From the human T2T-CHM13v2.0 reference genome, Homo sapiens, in assembly GCF_009914755.1 (NCBI RefSeq), contig NC_060933.1: a stretch of 64,000 bases of DNA. One strand, 5' to 3'. Below the pieces are notes generated by a model. The model did no database searches. It saw only the letters and a program-made list of their open reading frames with translations, and was not told the DNA's origin. The position numbers were made by a program, and so were the translations under genes. Shown piece by piece: positions 1-11,520 of this stretch. The number at the start of each line of letters is the position of its first letter. Positions within the stretch are counted from its first letter, which is position 1.

Positions 1-338
1 CCACCCAAATCAGATGTTGAAGTCCTAACCACCAGTATCTCAGAATATGGAGACAGGGCCTTTAAAGAGCTAATTAAATTAAAATGAGGTCATTGGGGGT
101 GGGCCCTAATGCAATGTGACTGGTATCCTTTTAGGAAGGGGAAATTTGAAGAAGGACCACATGAAGACATAGGGAGGGGACAGCCATGTCAAGGCAAAGA
201 GAGAGGCCTTGGAGGAAACCAACTCGCCAATACCGTGCCTTGAACTTCTGGCCTCCAGAACTGCGAGGAAATACATTTCTGTTGTTTACACCACCCAGTC
301 TGTGCACTTTGTTATGGCAGCCCTGGCAAATGCATAGA
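1..338 (+). mobile_element. MaLR LTR (MLT1A/B-like), cut by the window edge; MLT1D-like fragment on minus at ~345-418
   Basis: Typical MLT1 motifs ggccctaat..tgactgg..cctccagaactg..ttgttatggcagcc. Confidence 0.75.
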
Positions 339-3300
339 GCCATGTGAGGTCACATACTCACAGGTCCTGGGGATTCACATGTGGACATCTTTGGAGGACA
401 TTATTCTGCCTAACACAGTGTTCAATAAATATGAGCCATTATTACTAATAATAAATTAATAGTAATAATGGCTCATATTTATTGAAATTATTCCATACTA
501 CTACTGAATACTTGTTGAATACTACTGCTACTAATAACACTAATAATACTAATAGTAGTAATACTACTAGTATTACTACTAATTAGTATTCTTATTCCTG
601 TGGATTAAGCACTGCCCCGGGACATCTCCCAGTCCCAATCCCTCAGTGGCTGTCATATACATGTATCTCATTTAATCCTCACATCACAAACTCTTTAACA
701 ATGAACTCTCTAAAACTCCATTTTCCCACTGGATTTCCTCAAGGTGGTGAGGAACATTCCTAAATGAACAGGACCAAAATATGTTTGAATGTTGTCCCAT
801 AGGATCCCTGTGACAATCATCTGAGGCAGGTGGGGCTGTATTAGAGTCACCTTAACACAGGCAGAAACAGAGGGAATGGCTTAAGGTCATGCTGAGCTTG
901 TGAGCAGAGGAGCTGGGCACACCTGTGCATTCTCTCTCACAGTTGTGAGCCCCTGCACGGGCTTGCTGCTCTCCTGGCACTCATGTAGACACTGTCCCAT
1001 CAGATCCTCACAGCCATGAGGGGGAGGTTGGGGCTCTGAGGTTCTGCTTCCCTCGGGTAGGTGGAGAAGCCGAAGCCCAGGGGCGATCAGTGACTTGCAG
1101 GAGGCAACGGGGCAGGCGAGGGGAGCCCAGGAGCCTGGAGTCCGTGTGCAGGCTCCGTCCTCCCCACCATAGTGTCCTTGCCTGGGGTGGCCTCACTCAA
1201 AGGCCAGGGACCGAGGGGACAGGAGAGGGAATCAGGAATCAGACTGCATTGCAGGAGAAGAACAGAGGATCTGTCCTGGGCCAACCCTGTCTGGTGTCAC
1301 AAGTGGCCCCTGTGTGAGTGGCCTCACTGCTTGCAAATTGCTAAAAATAAAGTGTGCAGTGGAATTTCCTCCGAGGAGGAGACAGAAACAGAGAAAACAG
1401 ATTCCCAGCCCTGAGGGAACACTCGTTCTTCTGTCTGGGTCTGAGGAGTCTCTGCGTGTGTGGTGTTTCCGGCCACCCTGGCTACCCAGGCCCTTTGTGG
1501 TGGGGTCACAGTGGGCCCTAGCGGGGGGCCCCATTCTGAGACCTGGGGCCTCCGGGAATGTGACTGTTAAGAGGGTGCTGGGAGCATGAGTGCCACCTCT
1601 GCAGCCCCTGCACAGAACAAAGAGGATCTGAGCAGGCCAGGCACTGCCTACCCCCACACTGGGCTGAGGTCAGGGATGCCCGGAGGGGCTGCTGTGACTC
1701 AGGTCTCAGCTGGTGCTGAGGGGGTGCTCTACAGTCACATGGGGAGCTTGGTCAGTCTGCCACTGTCCGCCCGTTCCTGCCCTCCTCTGTAACTGGGCCG
1801 GTTTACTCTCTGTCAGCCTCTGCTCAGCTCGACCGCCACCTCCTCCAGGAAGCCCTGCCTGATTCTCCTGGTTGAACATAGTCTTGCCCATTCCTGTTTT
1901 TCCCATAGCACTTGGTGGACTCCTGCACTAAAGCCTGACTGTGTTATTTAAGCAGGTATGAAACATTTAGGGGAGGATTCCTTGTGTAGAGGCAGCATAG
2001 AGAAGATGCCACCAGCTCAGGAGCCATGGGTTAGAGCCTGGCTTTGCCTCCCACTTGCTGTGTGACTTTGGTCCAGGCACACCTCCTCATGGAGCCTCAA
2101 AATATTACCTATTGGTAAAATAGGGCTATCACCGCCACCCACCACACAGGATGTCACAGGATCGGGGCGATTACAGATGAACACTGTCAAGCTCAGAAGT
2201 GTAAGGTTTGGGGGTTTATTCCCAGGTATCACACTTCAAGGAACACAGATAAACAGAAGCGCATTTACCCCAAATGCACAGAGACTGGGGAAAGACTGCT
2301 CAGTGTCTTTCCAAGGAGGCAGGACTGACTCCAGGGATAGGAGGCTAAGTTGCCTTTTGTGACCTCAAGGGAGACAGACAGACTTCAGCTCAGTACAAAG
2401 AAAGAGGAGAATGTTGCATCACTCAGAGCTCCCCAGGGTAGGTGTGGTTGTTTCATGGAGTAATGACCTCTCTGCCATTGGAAGGACATGGAGCCACGTA
2501 GCATGAATCCAGTACAGAACAGAAATTGGACTAGACAGCTTAAACCCTTGTCACTTTCTGAGTCTAGACAAATTAAGGCTTTACTGTGAGCTACTGGCAT
2601 CAGTTGTCAGCTTGCTTTTGACCTTCTTGAATGGGCCTCAGGGGGAGGGGGTGGGAGAAACAATCCCATTTGCTGATCCTCAGCAGACAGGACTGAAGAT
2701 TATCTCCAGCCCCCTGGCATCCCCTCCTTCACTGTCACTTCTACAGGAAGATCACGCCAGGCAAGTATCAAGTCTCTAACTAGGTCAACATTAATCCTCT
2801 AATATCTGCTTCTTACATTAGGTAATCAGTCCATGGCTCTGGGCACTTCTTTGGGAGATAATCATCTAATGAAGTCACAGGCTGGGGACAAACTGATAAG
2901 CAGATGGCATGGGAAGTGTTTGCAAGGAGGGCTGGTCCTCAGCCCTCTACCCTGCCTCCATTTCCCAGGTTGCCCCAGATGTGCAGGCAAACTTAGGAAT
3001 TACCACACATGCAAAGTGGTGACTTATCATCAGCCACTTTCCTTTGGTCAAAAGTCCCCCAAAGTTCCCACTGGGGCAAAAGTCAGAGGAGTCCCTGGTC
3101 CTTCCCCTATGTGGCTTTGTGTAGGTGATCAGACCATGACTTACCGCCCCTCCCCACCCCAGCTTTTCACCAGAAGTCCATGACTCCACGAGGTGGGGAA
3201 GCCAGCAGGGAGGGGAGGGGGCTGATGCCTCTCAGAGGTCTGCCCGCATTAAAGAAGGCTTCTTTGCTCCCAAATACAGGCAGCTTCCTCTCCCATCCTG

Positions 3301-3913
3301 TAGCCTGTTAGGGTGCCTATAATTCTACCATGAATTATAGTGCCTTCACTTGGCTTAAGGCAGCAAGTTTCAAACTGTGCTCTGCAGGGCCCTAGGAGTC
3401 CCCAGAACCTCTTAGGGGCTGGGATAGGAGAAAGAAATGGGGCAATTAACAGGTCGGGGCTCCAGGATCCCCCTCCATCAGAATGCTTTTACTTTCATCT
3501 GATTGAAAAAGATGAAAAAAAGCCATTGGATTAGGAGATATTAAAATATCTATGTGATCTAAGATTTACACAATAAATGTGTATTAATTTTGTTAAGAGG
3601 AAAGAATAAAACAAGCTAAAAACAACAGTCCTAGAGCATTCAAGCAGGTAAGGGCCTTTTGCAAGTGAGGCATAGAGGCTCACAGAGTTGAGGGTCTGCT
3701 TGTGTCTCACAGCCGATCCACCAAGAGCCAAACAGTGAGGCTCAGGGAGTTACTCCACGGAGCAGCATATCATATTAACTCTTACCACGTTGCAGAGTGT
3801 AAAGTTCCAAGAACATGCATTTGGTCCTTACTCTTACTCTCTGAGGGCCTGCCGATGGAGAGGTTGCTGAGAAGCAGATGGGAGAGTGCTCAAAACCAGC
3901 TCTGGGTGGGACA

Positions 3914-3924
3914 GGAAATTCCCC
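3914..3924 (-). promoter_or_regulatory. NF-kB site GGGGAATTTCC in TRAF1 intron
   Basis: Exact consensus match; function inferred only. Confidence 0.5.
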
Positions 3925-4958
3925 TGAACTCTCTGAATGAGAGGGACCAGCTCAGAGAAAGGAGAAGGAGGTGTGGACACTCGCCTGCCTCTGGTCCAAC
4001 GGTAGGGGGATAGCTGCCCTGCCAGCACTGCTATCACGGTCTGGACATCACAGATCCTGGAAAGGCCTTGCAGAGCTGACTTAATATCCTCATTTTACAG
4101 ATACAGAAACAGGGCCTGGGAATTGCTGCTAGCCAAGCAGAGAATTATGCAGAACCACCCCTGGACATCAGGCTCCTGATCCCTGGGCCACAGTTTGCTG
4201 CAAGAAGAGGGCTTTGGCTGAAAGGAGCCAGGCACTTCCCAGTGGAGGTAGAGAGGGCGGCTGAGCAACGAGACTCCTCTGCAGGTCTCAGGGCCCCGTG
4301 TGTAAACAAGAGGATTTGATTTTGAGCAGTGACTCCTGCCTGTTTGGATTCGTGGACCAATACGAGTGTGTTTTTTTTTAAATTGAGAGATTAACAAAGA
4401 GATTGTCATCTTTTTAATTTTACTTAGCAAAGGCTTTGCCAAAAACTATCATCTACGATTACATCCTTTCATTTATATAAAGACATGCATAGGACAGACG
4501 CAATCTCAGAGTAAAAGTTTGGTTTTATAAATGGAAAGAATTTAGTTTACATAAACTGATTTATAGAATTGCCTTATTTTTATCATTTTGTCATGAGCTG
4601 GTGGGAATGGATCAGTTCTGGATAGCATGTGGGAACCTCTGAGCAGGACATGTAACCTATGAGGGTCCTTCCAGCTTGGGAGGGCCAGGGTTCTAAATTG
4701 TAGCTCCTGAAAATGTCTCTCTGGCCTATCACACTTCCAAATGTGTCTCTTATTCCTAGAAGCACCGTTTGACAGAGCTCAGGAGGTGAGCTGATAATGG
4801 TCTCTCCCCACCTAAAGGCAAACAGAGGCAGACAGAACCATCTAGATGAGGAGTTTGCTAACCTTTTTTATGTAAAGGGGTGGATAGTAAATATTTTGGG
4901 CTATGAAGTCTTTGTTGCAAGTACTCAATTTTATATAATTTTCATGTGTCCCAAAATA

Positions 4959-5241
4959 TCTTTTTTTGTTTTTTTGAGACAGGGTCTCATTCTGCTACCC
5001 AGGCTGGAGTGTAGTGGCACGATCATGGTTCACTGCAGCCTCGACCTCCCCAGGTTCAGGCGACTCTCCTACCTCAGCCTCCAGACTAACTGGGACTACA
5101 GGCATGTGCCACCATGCCAGGCTAGTTTTTATATTTTTTGTAAACATGTGGTTTCATCATGTTGCCCAGGCTAGTATCAAACTCCTGGGCTCAAGCTCTC
5201 CGCCCACCTCGGCCTCCCAAAGTGTTAGAATTACAGGCATG
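4959..5241 (-). mobile_element. Alu (AluJ-like), 5' end disrupted
   Basis: Reverse-complement Alu dimer with T-tail at left. Confidence 0.9.
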
Positions 5242-5286
5242 TAATTCTATGTAATTTGAATTCTAACACTTCAGAATTACAGGCAT

Positions 5287-5466
5287 GTTTGTCATTTACC
5301 AAGGGGTTTATATTTGTTATTATAAGAACTTTTTTGATTATTATTGATTGGGGCTCATAACAATTCTGTGATGCAGAAAACAGTTTTACAGACAAGCAAG
5401 CTGTGGCTTGAGAACATTAGCAGTGCAGCAGGCCACACAGTGAGAGAGTGGCCTCACAGCCTCGAG
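5287..5466 (+). repeat. 180-bp copy of TRAF1 intronic sequence 7635-7815
   Basis: About 20 differences in ~181 aligned bases. Confidence 0.93.
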
Positions 5467-5824
5467 AATTACAGGTCATTATGCATGGCCTATCATTCTT
5501 CTGATTTTTTCAACCATTTGAAAATATAAAAACCACTCTTAGCTCGTTGCTTAGGTGGTGGGCCAGAATGTGGCCCATGAACCGTAGTTTGTGGACCCCT
5601 GGTCTGGACTGTTCTCACTCTAAGTCTATTGCCAGGTAGCTTTAGGCAAGACACTTCACCACTGTGAACATCAGTCTCCTTATTCCTTATAAAGCAAATT
5701 CAGTCTGGACTCAGGACTAGTTGGGAGGTGCCTGCCAGGGGTGGAGTGGGCAGCTGTCTACTTGGCTTCAACCTGGAAAAATCAAGACAACGGACAAATG
5801 CCTTTCTGTGATGTGCCAACGTAC

Positions 5825-5912
5825 CTTCTCCTGAGTTCGAAGACGGCTTCCTGGGCTTATAGACTGGAGGTCTTCCCCTCTGCATTTGGGGCAGATCTGA
5901 TCCTCGCCATTC
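5825..5912 (-). CDS. TRAF1: TRAF1 second coding exon (88 nt; R47-K76: RNGEDQICPKCRGEDLQSISPGSRLRTQEK)
   Basis: Acceptor ttccccag|GAATGG and donor GAGAAG|gtac; in phase with the upstream exon (140+88 nt = 76 codons); translation matches human TRAF1 as I recall it. Remaining TRAF1 exons lie left of the window. Confidence 0.96.
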
Positions 5913-6492
5913 CTGGGGAAACATGGACAAAGCCTTGGAGAGAGGCACTACAGCTCCCTGCACCATCCACTCTCCTGACAGCTCCAGAAGCCTCAACTAT
6001 CAGCAGGGTGGTGATCATGTACGTCCACAATCCCAGAGCCACAGTTCCTAAATCGCAAAAGTGCCGAGTATCCCACATTTTTTGGTAGTTTGCAGTGAGC
6101 TTCCTGGGCTGCCAAACCTGCCGTGACTGCACTGACCGGAAGCTATTATAGCCCTTACTTGCCCCACTTAGTGTGAATATATACATGTTTCATTGCAGAA
6201 ACATTAATGTGCTTGATTACAGGGCACTGCCGCATTCCCTGCCACAATTACATGATGCCCTGATTTGCTTTTCTAAAAAAAATTCTGAATTACAAAACAC
6301 ATCTGATCTCAGGGGTTTAGGCAAAAGATTGCTGACATGTGACTATATTTGCTCTTCTCATTTGGTCCTCCATTTGGTTTTGGTCTTATATGTTTAGTAA
6401 TTACAGAGGATCATGGCCTATTAGAACAAGAAAGGGCCTCAGAGAACATCTGTCCTAGAGGTTCTTAATCAGGAATGGGTGTCAGATTCTAA

Positions 6493-6867
<375 letters not shown>

Positions 6868-8054
6868 TGACCTGCTACCGCTACCGAGATAGTCTATTTT
6901 ACAAGTGAGGGAATGAGGCCCCAGAGGGCATGTGGATTGGTCAAGGTAGAGTGAGTCAGGAGCAGAGCTGAGTAGAAGCTCTTCAGGACTTAGGCCTCAG
7001 GCCTCAGCCCTCCAACTTCCAATCAGCTCCCTCCTCTGCCAGGTTTTGGAAAGAGGGAGAGGGGAAACCAGCAGACCCACTACCAGAGCCTGAGCTGAAC
7101 CCTGACAATCCGCTTGATGGTAAAACCAGTGAACCTCTGCTCCTCCACCTCCTGGCTGGCCTTTCCACGGCCACAGCCTCTCCTCGCTATTCTCACAGCC
7201 TCCTCCTTTGTCATCATGTTTGAACTTCTCACTTGCCTGATTCAGCTTTGCCACCTTCTTAAGCTGTAAAACCGCAAACAAAAGGTCATCACATGAGATA
7301 GTTTAAGGGCATATTTGCCAGGAAACTGACCAAAGCTGACCTAATCTGTTAGGCCTCAGTGTTCTCATTTGTAAAATAGGATCATAATAGTATCCACCCC
7401 TCTAAGTTGTGCTGAGGACCCAAGGGCAGAGCATTTGGCACACAGTAGGTGCATAATTGCTTAAAGAGGGATGTCCACAATAGTACTGATATCATGCCTT
7501 TCTGGGTTGTTAATATTTTAAGTATCATTAAATACACAAATATATATCGATCTCTTTGTCCCCTCCAAAAGGGTTCCCAGCAAACGGTCTGAGGTGATGA
7601 GCAATGCTGTGGAAGGAGAGATATTCGTCTAACAGTTTGTCATTCACCAAGAGGTTTATATTTGTTATTATAAGAACTTTTGTGATTATTATTCATTGGG
7701 CTTCATTAACAATTCTATGACACAGAAAACAGCTTTACAGACAAGCGAGCTGCGGCTTAGGGACATTAGCAGAGCACCAGACCACACAGTGAGACAGTGG
7801 CCTCACAGCCTCGAGGCTCTCCTCGGTGTGGATGGCTTTCCCCTGTGGGAGCTGATGCCTTTCTGTGGCTTCCTCTCCTTCCACCACAGCCAGAGGGGCA
7901 GTGTCAGGGAGTGTGAGAAAAGGGTGTGGAAACTGAGGCCCAGAGAAGAAAAGTCACCGCCTGAAGTCACAGGCTCCTCTGCCCCTCACCTCCCATCAGG
8001 GGTCCCTCCCTGGCACCCACTTTCTGCCCACCCTCCGCTCCTCCATCACCTCAC

Positions 8055-8194
8055 CTCGGGTTCTCAGAGAGACAGCCTGCACAGCAGAGAGCCCTGGGCT
8101 CCTTTGGGTCCTGGCAGACGGTGGGAGGGCACCCAAAGGGAAACTCATTCTCATCAGGGGCCGGGCGAGGACTGCTGCCTGAGCTGGAGGCCAT
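8055..8194 (-). CDS. TRAF1: TRAF1 first coding segment (MASSSGSSPRPAPDENEFPFGCPPTVCQDPKEPRALCCAGCLSENP-R)
   Basis: ATG at 8194-8192 in context gagATGG; donor CCGAG|gtgagg at 8055/8054; recognised TRAF1 N-terminus. Confidence 0.97.
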
Positions 8195-8420
8195 CTCAGG
8201 GTTCCAGGCTGGCCAGAGGGCCTGTTTAAGTTGCTCCAGGGCAGGGGACCAGCCTTGTGGAGTCCTGGCCTGGGCCTCACTCTCTGGTGAGTAGGAGCTC
8301 TGATGACTTTATCTTCTTCTCTCTGGCTTGTGTGGTTCAACGTCACAGCTGAGTCACAGCAGGGATGGAGCAGGAATTACCCTTTGTGGCGATAAAAATC
8401 CCCTGGATGGTGACTGAAGG
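8195..8420 (-). other. TRAF1: TRAF1 5'UTR part of the ATG-containing exon
   Basis: First AG after the intronic pyrimidine tract is ctcctaaag|cc at 8421/8420, with an alternative AG 7 nt further; no ATG in this segment. 5' boundary is inferred. Confidence 0.7.
8350..8382. promoter_or_regulatory. AP-1 (TGAGTCA 8350-8356) plus kB-like GGGTAATTCC (8373-8382, minus)
   Basis: Motif matches ~160-190 nt upstream of the TRAF1 ATG. Confidence 0.45.
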
Positions 8421-8667
8421 CTTTAGGAGTGTCCAGTCATTTTTTTTTTTTTTAGAGTGAGAAAAAGCAAGAGAGCAAGTCAGAGAAAATGACCCGTGTC
8501 ACAGACTCTCAGAAAGCACAGTGAGAGTTCCCCTGGTTGAGAATCGCAGGCTGCCGCTGGCTTCCCCCACTTCCCTGGGCACATCGGAGGAGGGGGCCAC
8601 AGCTGGTCCCTGGTCTGTGTTCCCTGGCACCTCTGAGCAGCCTGGAATTCTCAGTGGGGGTGCTCAC

Positions 8668-8806
8668 CTTCCTGGTGGAAATCCCCAGGGTGTTGGAGAC
8701 AGGTCCAAAATTTCAAGTTCTAGGCGCTTTTGCTCTGCTCTGTTTGGAGTGTCTGGGTGACCTCAAGGAGAAGTCACTTCCTCACAGTGGGTTCTGATGA
8801 CTCCAT
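8668..8806 (-). other. TRAF1: TRAF1 5'UTR exon (139 nt when spliced from the upstream promoter; may also be the 3' part of an alternative first exon)
   Basis: Strong acceptor cttcttttttacag|ATGGAG at 8807/8806 and strong donor GGAAG|gtgagc at 8668/8667. Confidence 0.75.
8677..8686 (-). promoter_or_regulatory. NF-kB site GGGGATTTCC
   Basis: Exact match to the GGGRNWYYCC consensus inside the TRAF1 5'UTR exon; TRAF1 is an established NF-kB target. Confidence 0.7.
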
Positions 8807-10599
8807 CTGTAAAAAAGAAGTTGCAACAGGTGGCCTCTGGGCTGTAAGATTCTGGGACCCTATCTTGCCTGGGACTGAGGCAACCAGAAGGAGCAGGAAA
8901 GCCCTGATGAAATCCAAGGCCTAGGACCACAGACTCCTCAGGGCCCTCCCCACACCACCCCACTCAGGAAGTCATAGGTGGCTACATGCTCCGGTCAGGT
9001 GCCACCACTTTACTGCCTCAAGGAGAACAAAGCGCTAAACAAATGCAAGATCACAGCAGCTGGTCTCAGCATCCAAGTGGGATGTAGATCCACATTTGCA
9101 GGAAAAGTGCACTGGGGAAACGATGGCTCCCAGAATGTGTACTGTGTGCTGGGCAACAGTTTCCCTCCAAATCCTTACAGCAACCTGCAAGGAATTCTTC
9201 TGCAGCTGTATATAGGGTCAGAGAAGCAAGATGCCTGGTCCAAAGGCACACAGCCTCTGGTAGTGGAGTGGGATTCACACCAGGGCTGTGGGGCCCCAAG
9301 CTCTGTGTGCTTGGGATGGAGATCAGAGTACCCAGCTCTTGTCTCATCTATCAAATGGAGAAGACAATCCCTACACATCTTTCCATCCTGCTTGGCTGCT
9401 ACAGAGGTTTTGCAAACTTTCACAGTGGTTTCAGATCATGGGTTTTGAGGTCAGACAGAGCTGAGTTGAAATCCTGGGTCCACTGCTTACTAACTGTGGG
9501 CCCTGGGACAAAGTCCTTAACTTCCCTGAAACTCAGATTCTGCATCTGTAAAATGGGACAATAATACCTATTTCACCCATTTGTTGTGATGACTAAATGA
9601 GATAGTGGGTCAAAGTGTGGTGTGTAACCCAAGTGAAGTACTTGAATGACATTTGGCTCAGATGGTGACTACAGGCCTTCCAGCTCCTCAGAGAAAAGGA
9701 TTAAAGTGGTGCATTATGCTTATACTGTGCTTTCACGTCTATCTACTGGAGCCTCAACAGGTGGGCAGGGCAGGTCATCTGGCCTGAGATACATTAAACT
9801 GCCCACCTGCCCTGGTGTAACACCAGGGCTGCCACAGGCTGGTGGCAAAGACAGCACGGCATCTTACCGCCACAATGTACATCAGGACCTCCACCCCCAT
9901 AACAAACAACCTCCAGGCCTGCATCAAGACTATCAGAAGACACTCCCTTTTAACTGTGTACCCCATACCTGCAAGCTTTCCTGCAGCCAGCCCTACCTGT
10001 TCCCTCCTTCCCCTGGTTTGGGATAAAACAGGCACCCAAGACTTCTCTCCCCATCTGTGGGTCCCTTCTCTCCCCTCCGGCCTCAATACCACCCTCTCTA
10101 CCTGCTCATTCCCACGGACATCAAAACGTGCCCAACCTGCTCTAATAAGAAAAGGGAAAAATAGTACTACTTTTGGGTACCGTCTTACGTAATTTTACAG
10201 ACATCATCTCATCTAATTTTCACTCTGTGAAGCAGGTATTGCCATCATCATCCCCACCTTACAGATGAGAAAACTGAGGCACAGAGAGGCTAAGCGACTT
10301 GTTCAAGGTCTCACAGCTAGTGAGTGGGGACCCCTGAACCCAGAGCCAGTCCTGTAACCACGCACGCTTTTAAAACACTCTTTATTCTCGTCTCCAATTT
10401 CTACATCTACTCTCGCCTCACCTAACGGTAGAACTTCTAGAAAAGATTGTCTATACAGGCACTTGGATCTCCAGGGAATCATCTCTCCAAGTGTATACGC
10501 ATGTCGGGGACGCCAAATGCCCTGGGCCCGCCCCAGTTTCTATCCAACCAGCCCTCCTGCCAGCACCTGACCCGGCTCTCAGCCCTTCCTTCCGGAATC

Positions 10600-11520
10600 C
10601 CTTCCTTTCCCCGGCTTCCCGCATCCTCTGCGGGGAATTCCCCCCGCGTCTCTGGTGGCTCCTTATCCGTCTCCTTGACCCCTTTCTCTTCTACACTGGG
10701 CCTCCATCGGCTCCATCCACGAGGAGTCTCTCTGCGCCGCGTGTCCCCATCTCCCACTCGTCCTTTGGGGCGCCCCTGCACCAGACCCCACTCCCATGGG
10801 AAGTCTCCGTGGGCCGCCCCATGATGAGGCTGGGCGCCCCGCTCTGTGATTCCTCGCGCCTGCCGGCGCCAGCACAGCCCCCGCCGCCCGGCTCTGCAGG
10901 CTGAGCCCCCAGCCAGGTCGGTGAGCCCGCCCGAGGGCGGGGGAGTGTCGCGTCGCCACCTCCACATATCCAGTTGCGAGCGCAGCGCTGGGAGCCAGGC
11001 AGCGCCGGTGCCCGCGGAAAGAGGAATGAGCCCCTGCGGGGCCGGGGCGCCCGCGGCTGGGCTGGGGGCAGTTGAGTCCGGGGCGGTCTCTGCAGCCGAG
11101 GTGCCAGGTCCCCGGCTGCACCCGAGGAGTCCCCGCCTCAGCAAGCGGGAGCTGGAGCGGGGAGTTCGGGGCGAGGAAGGGGGCCGGGGAGCCGCCCTGC
11201 GGTCCCGGGGCAGGGGTGTAGGGCAGTCAACCTCGGCGCCGCCTCCGCCACCGCCTACCGGCGGCCAGGCCCGGAGCTTCCGGTGGAGTGTGAAGGACGC
11301 AGCCGCACGGGCGGAAACCGGCAAGGCAGGGCCGGGGCCCGGGGCTGCTGCTCCCCAGACCGCCGCGGGGCGGGGCGAGCGATCCCTGTGAGGGGAAACT
11401 GAGTCTGAGGGCCGGGTCTGCGGCGCCACGGGCACTGTGCGCCCAGTTAACTGACACGCGTGTACGCAGCTCCTCCGCTTGCGGGGCTCCTGGCATCTGG
11501 TGCAGCACCTGCGCGTGTTT
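10600..11520. promoter_or_regulatory. TRAF1: CpG island / TRAF1 upstream promoter and probable non-coding first exon (~11232-11290, minus)
   Basis: Very high GC and CpG density, GC boxes (ggggcgggg ~11367-11375), ETS-type CCGGAAG on minus (11277-11283); candidate donors GAG|gttgac (11232) and CCG|gtaggc (11259). Confidence 0.85.
10632..10643. promoter_or_regulatory. Palindromic NF-kB site GGGGAATTCCCC
   Basis: Perfect 12-bp palindrome matching the kB consensus at the edge of the CpG island. Confidence 0.7.

Larger units (their letters stand above)
4850..5601. mobile_element. MER58-like hAT-Charlie element split by an Alu and a templated insertion
   Basis: Left part tgtaaagggg..atagtaaatatttt (4850-4958); right part ttttttcaaccattt..gtagtttgtggacccctg (5491-5601). 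Confidence 0.65.

Noticed and set aside
438-596. AT-rich TAC/TAA/TAG quasi-palindromic tract
   Set aside because: Degenerate simple repeat with no regular repeat-spacer structure; not CRISPR-like.
7996-8346. 116-aa minus-strand ORF overlapping the TRAF1 start
   Set aside because: GTG start, out of frame with TRAF1, and it runs through the splice donor into intron; no support as a protein.
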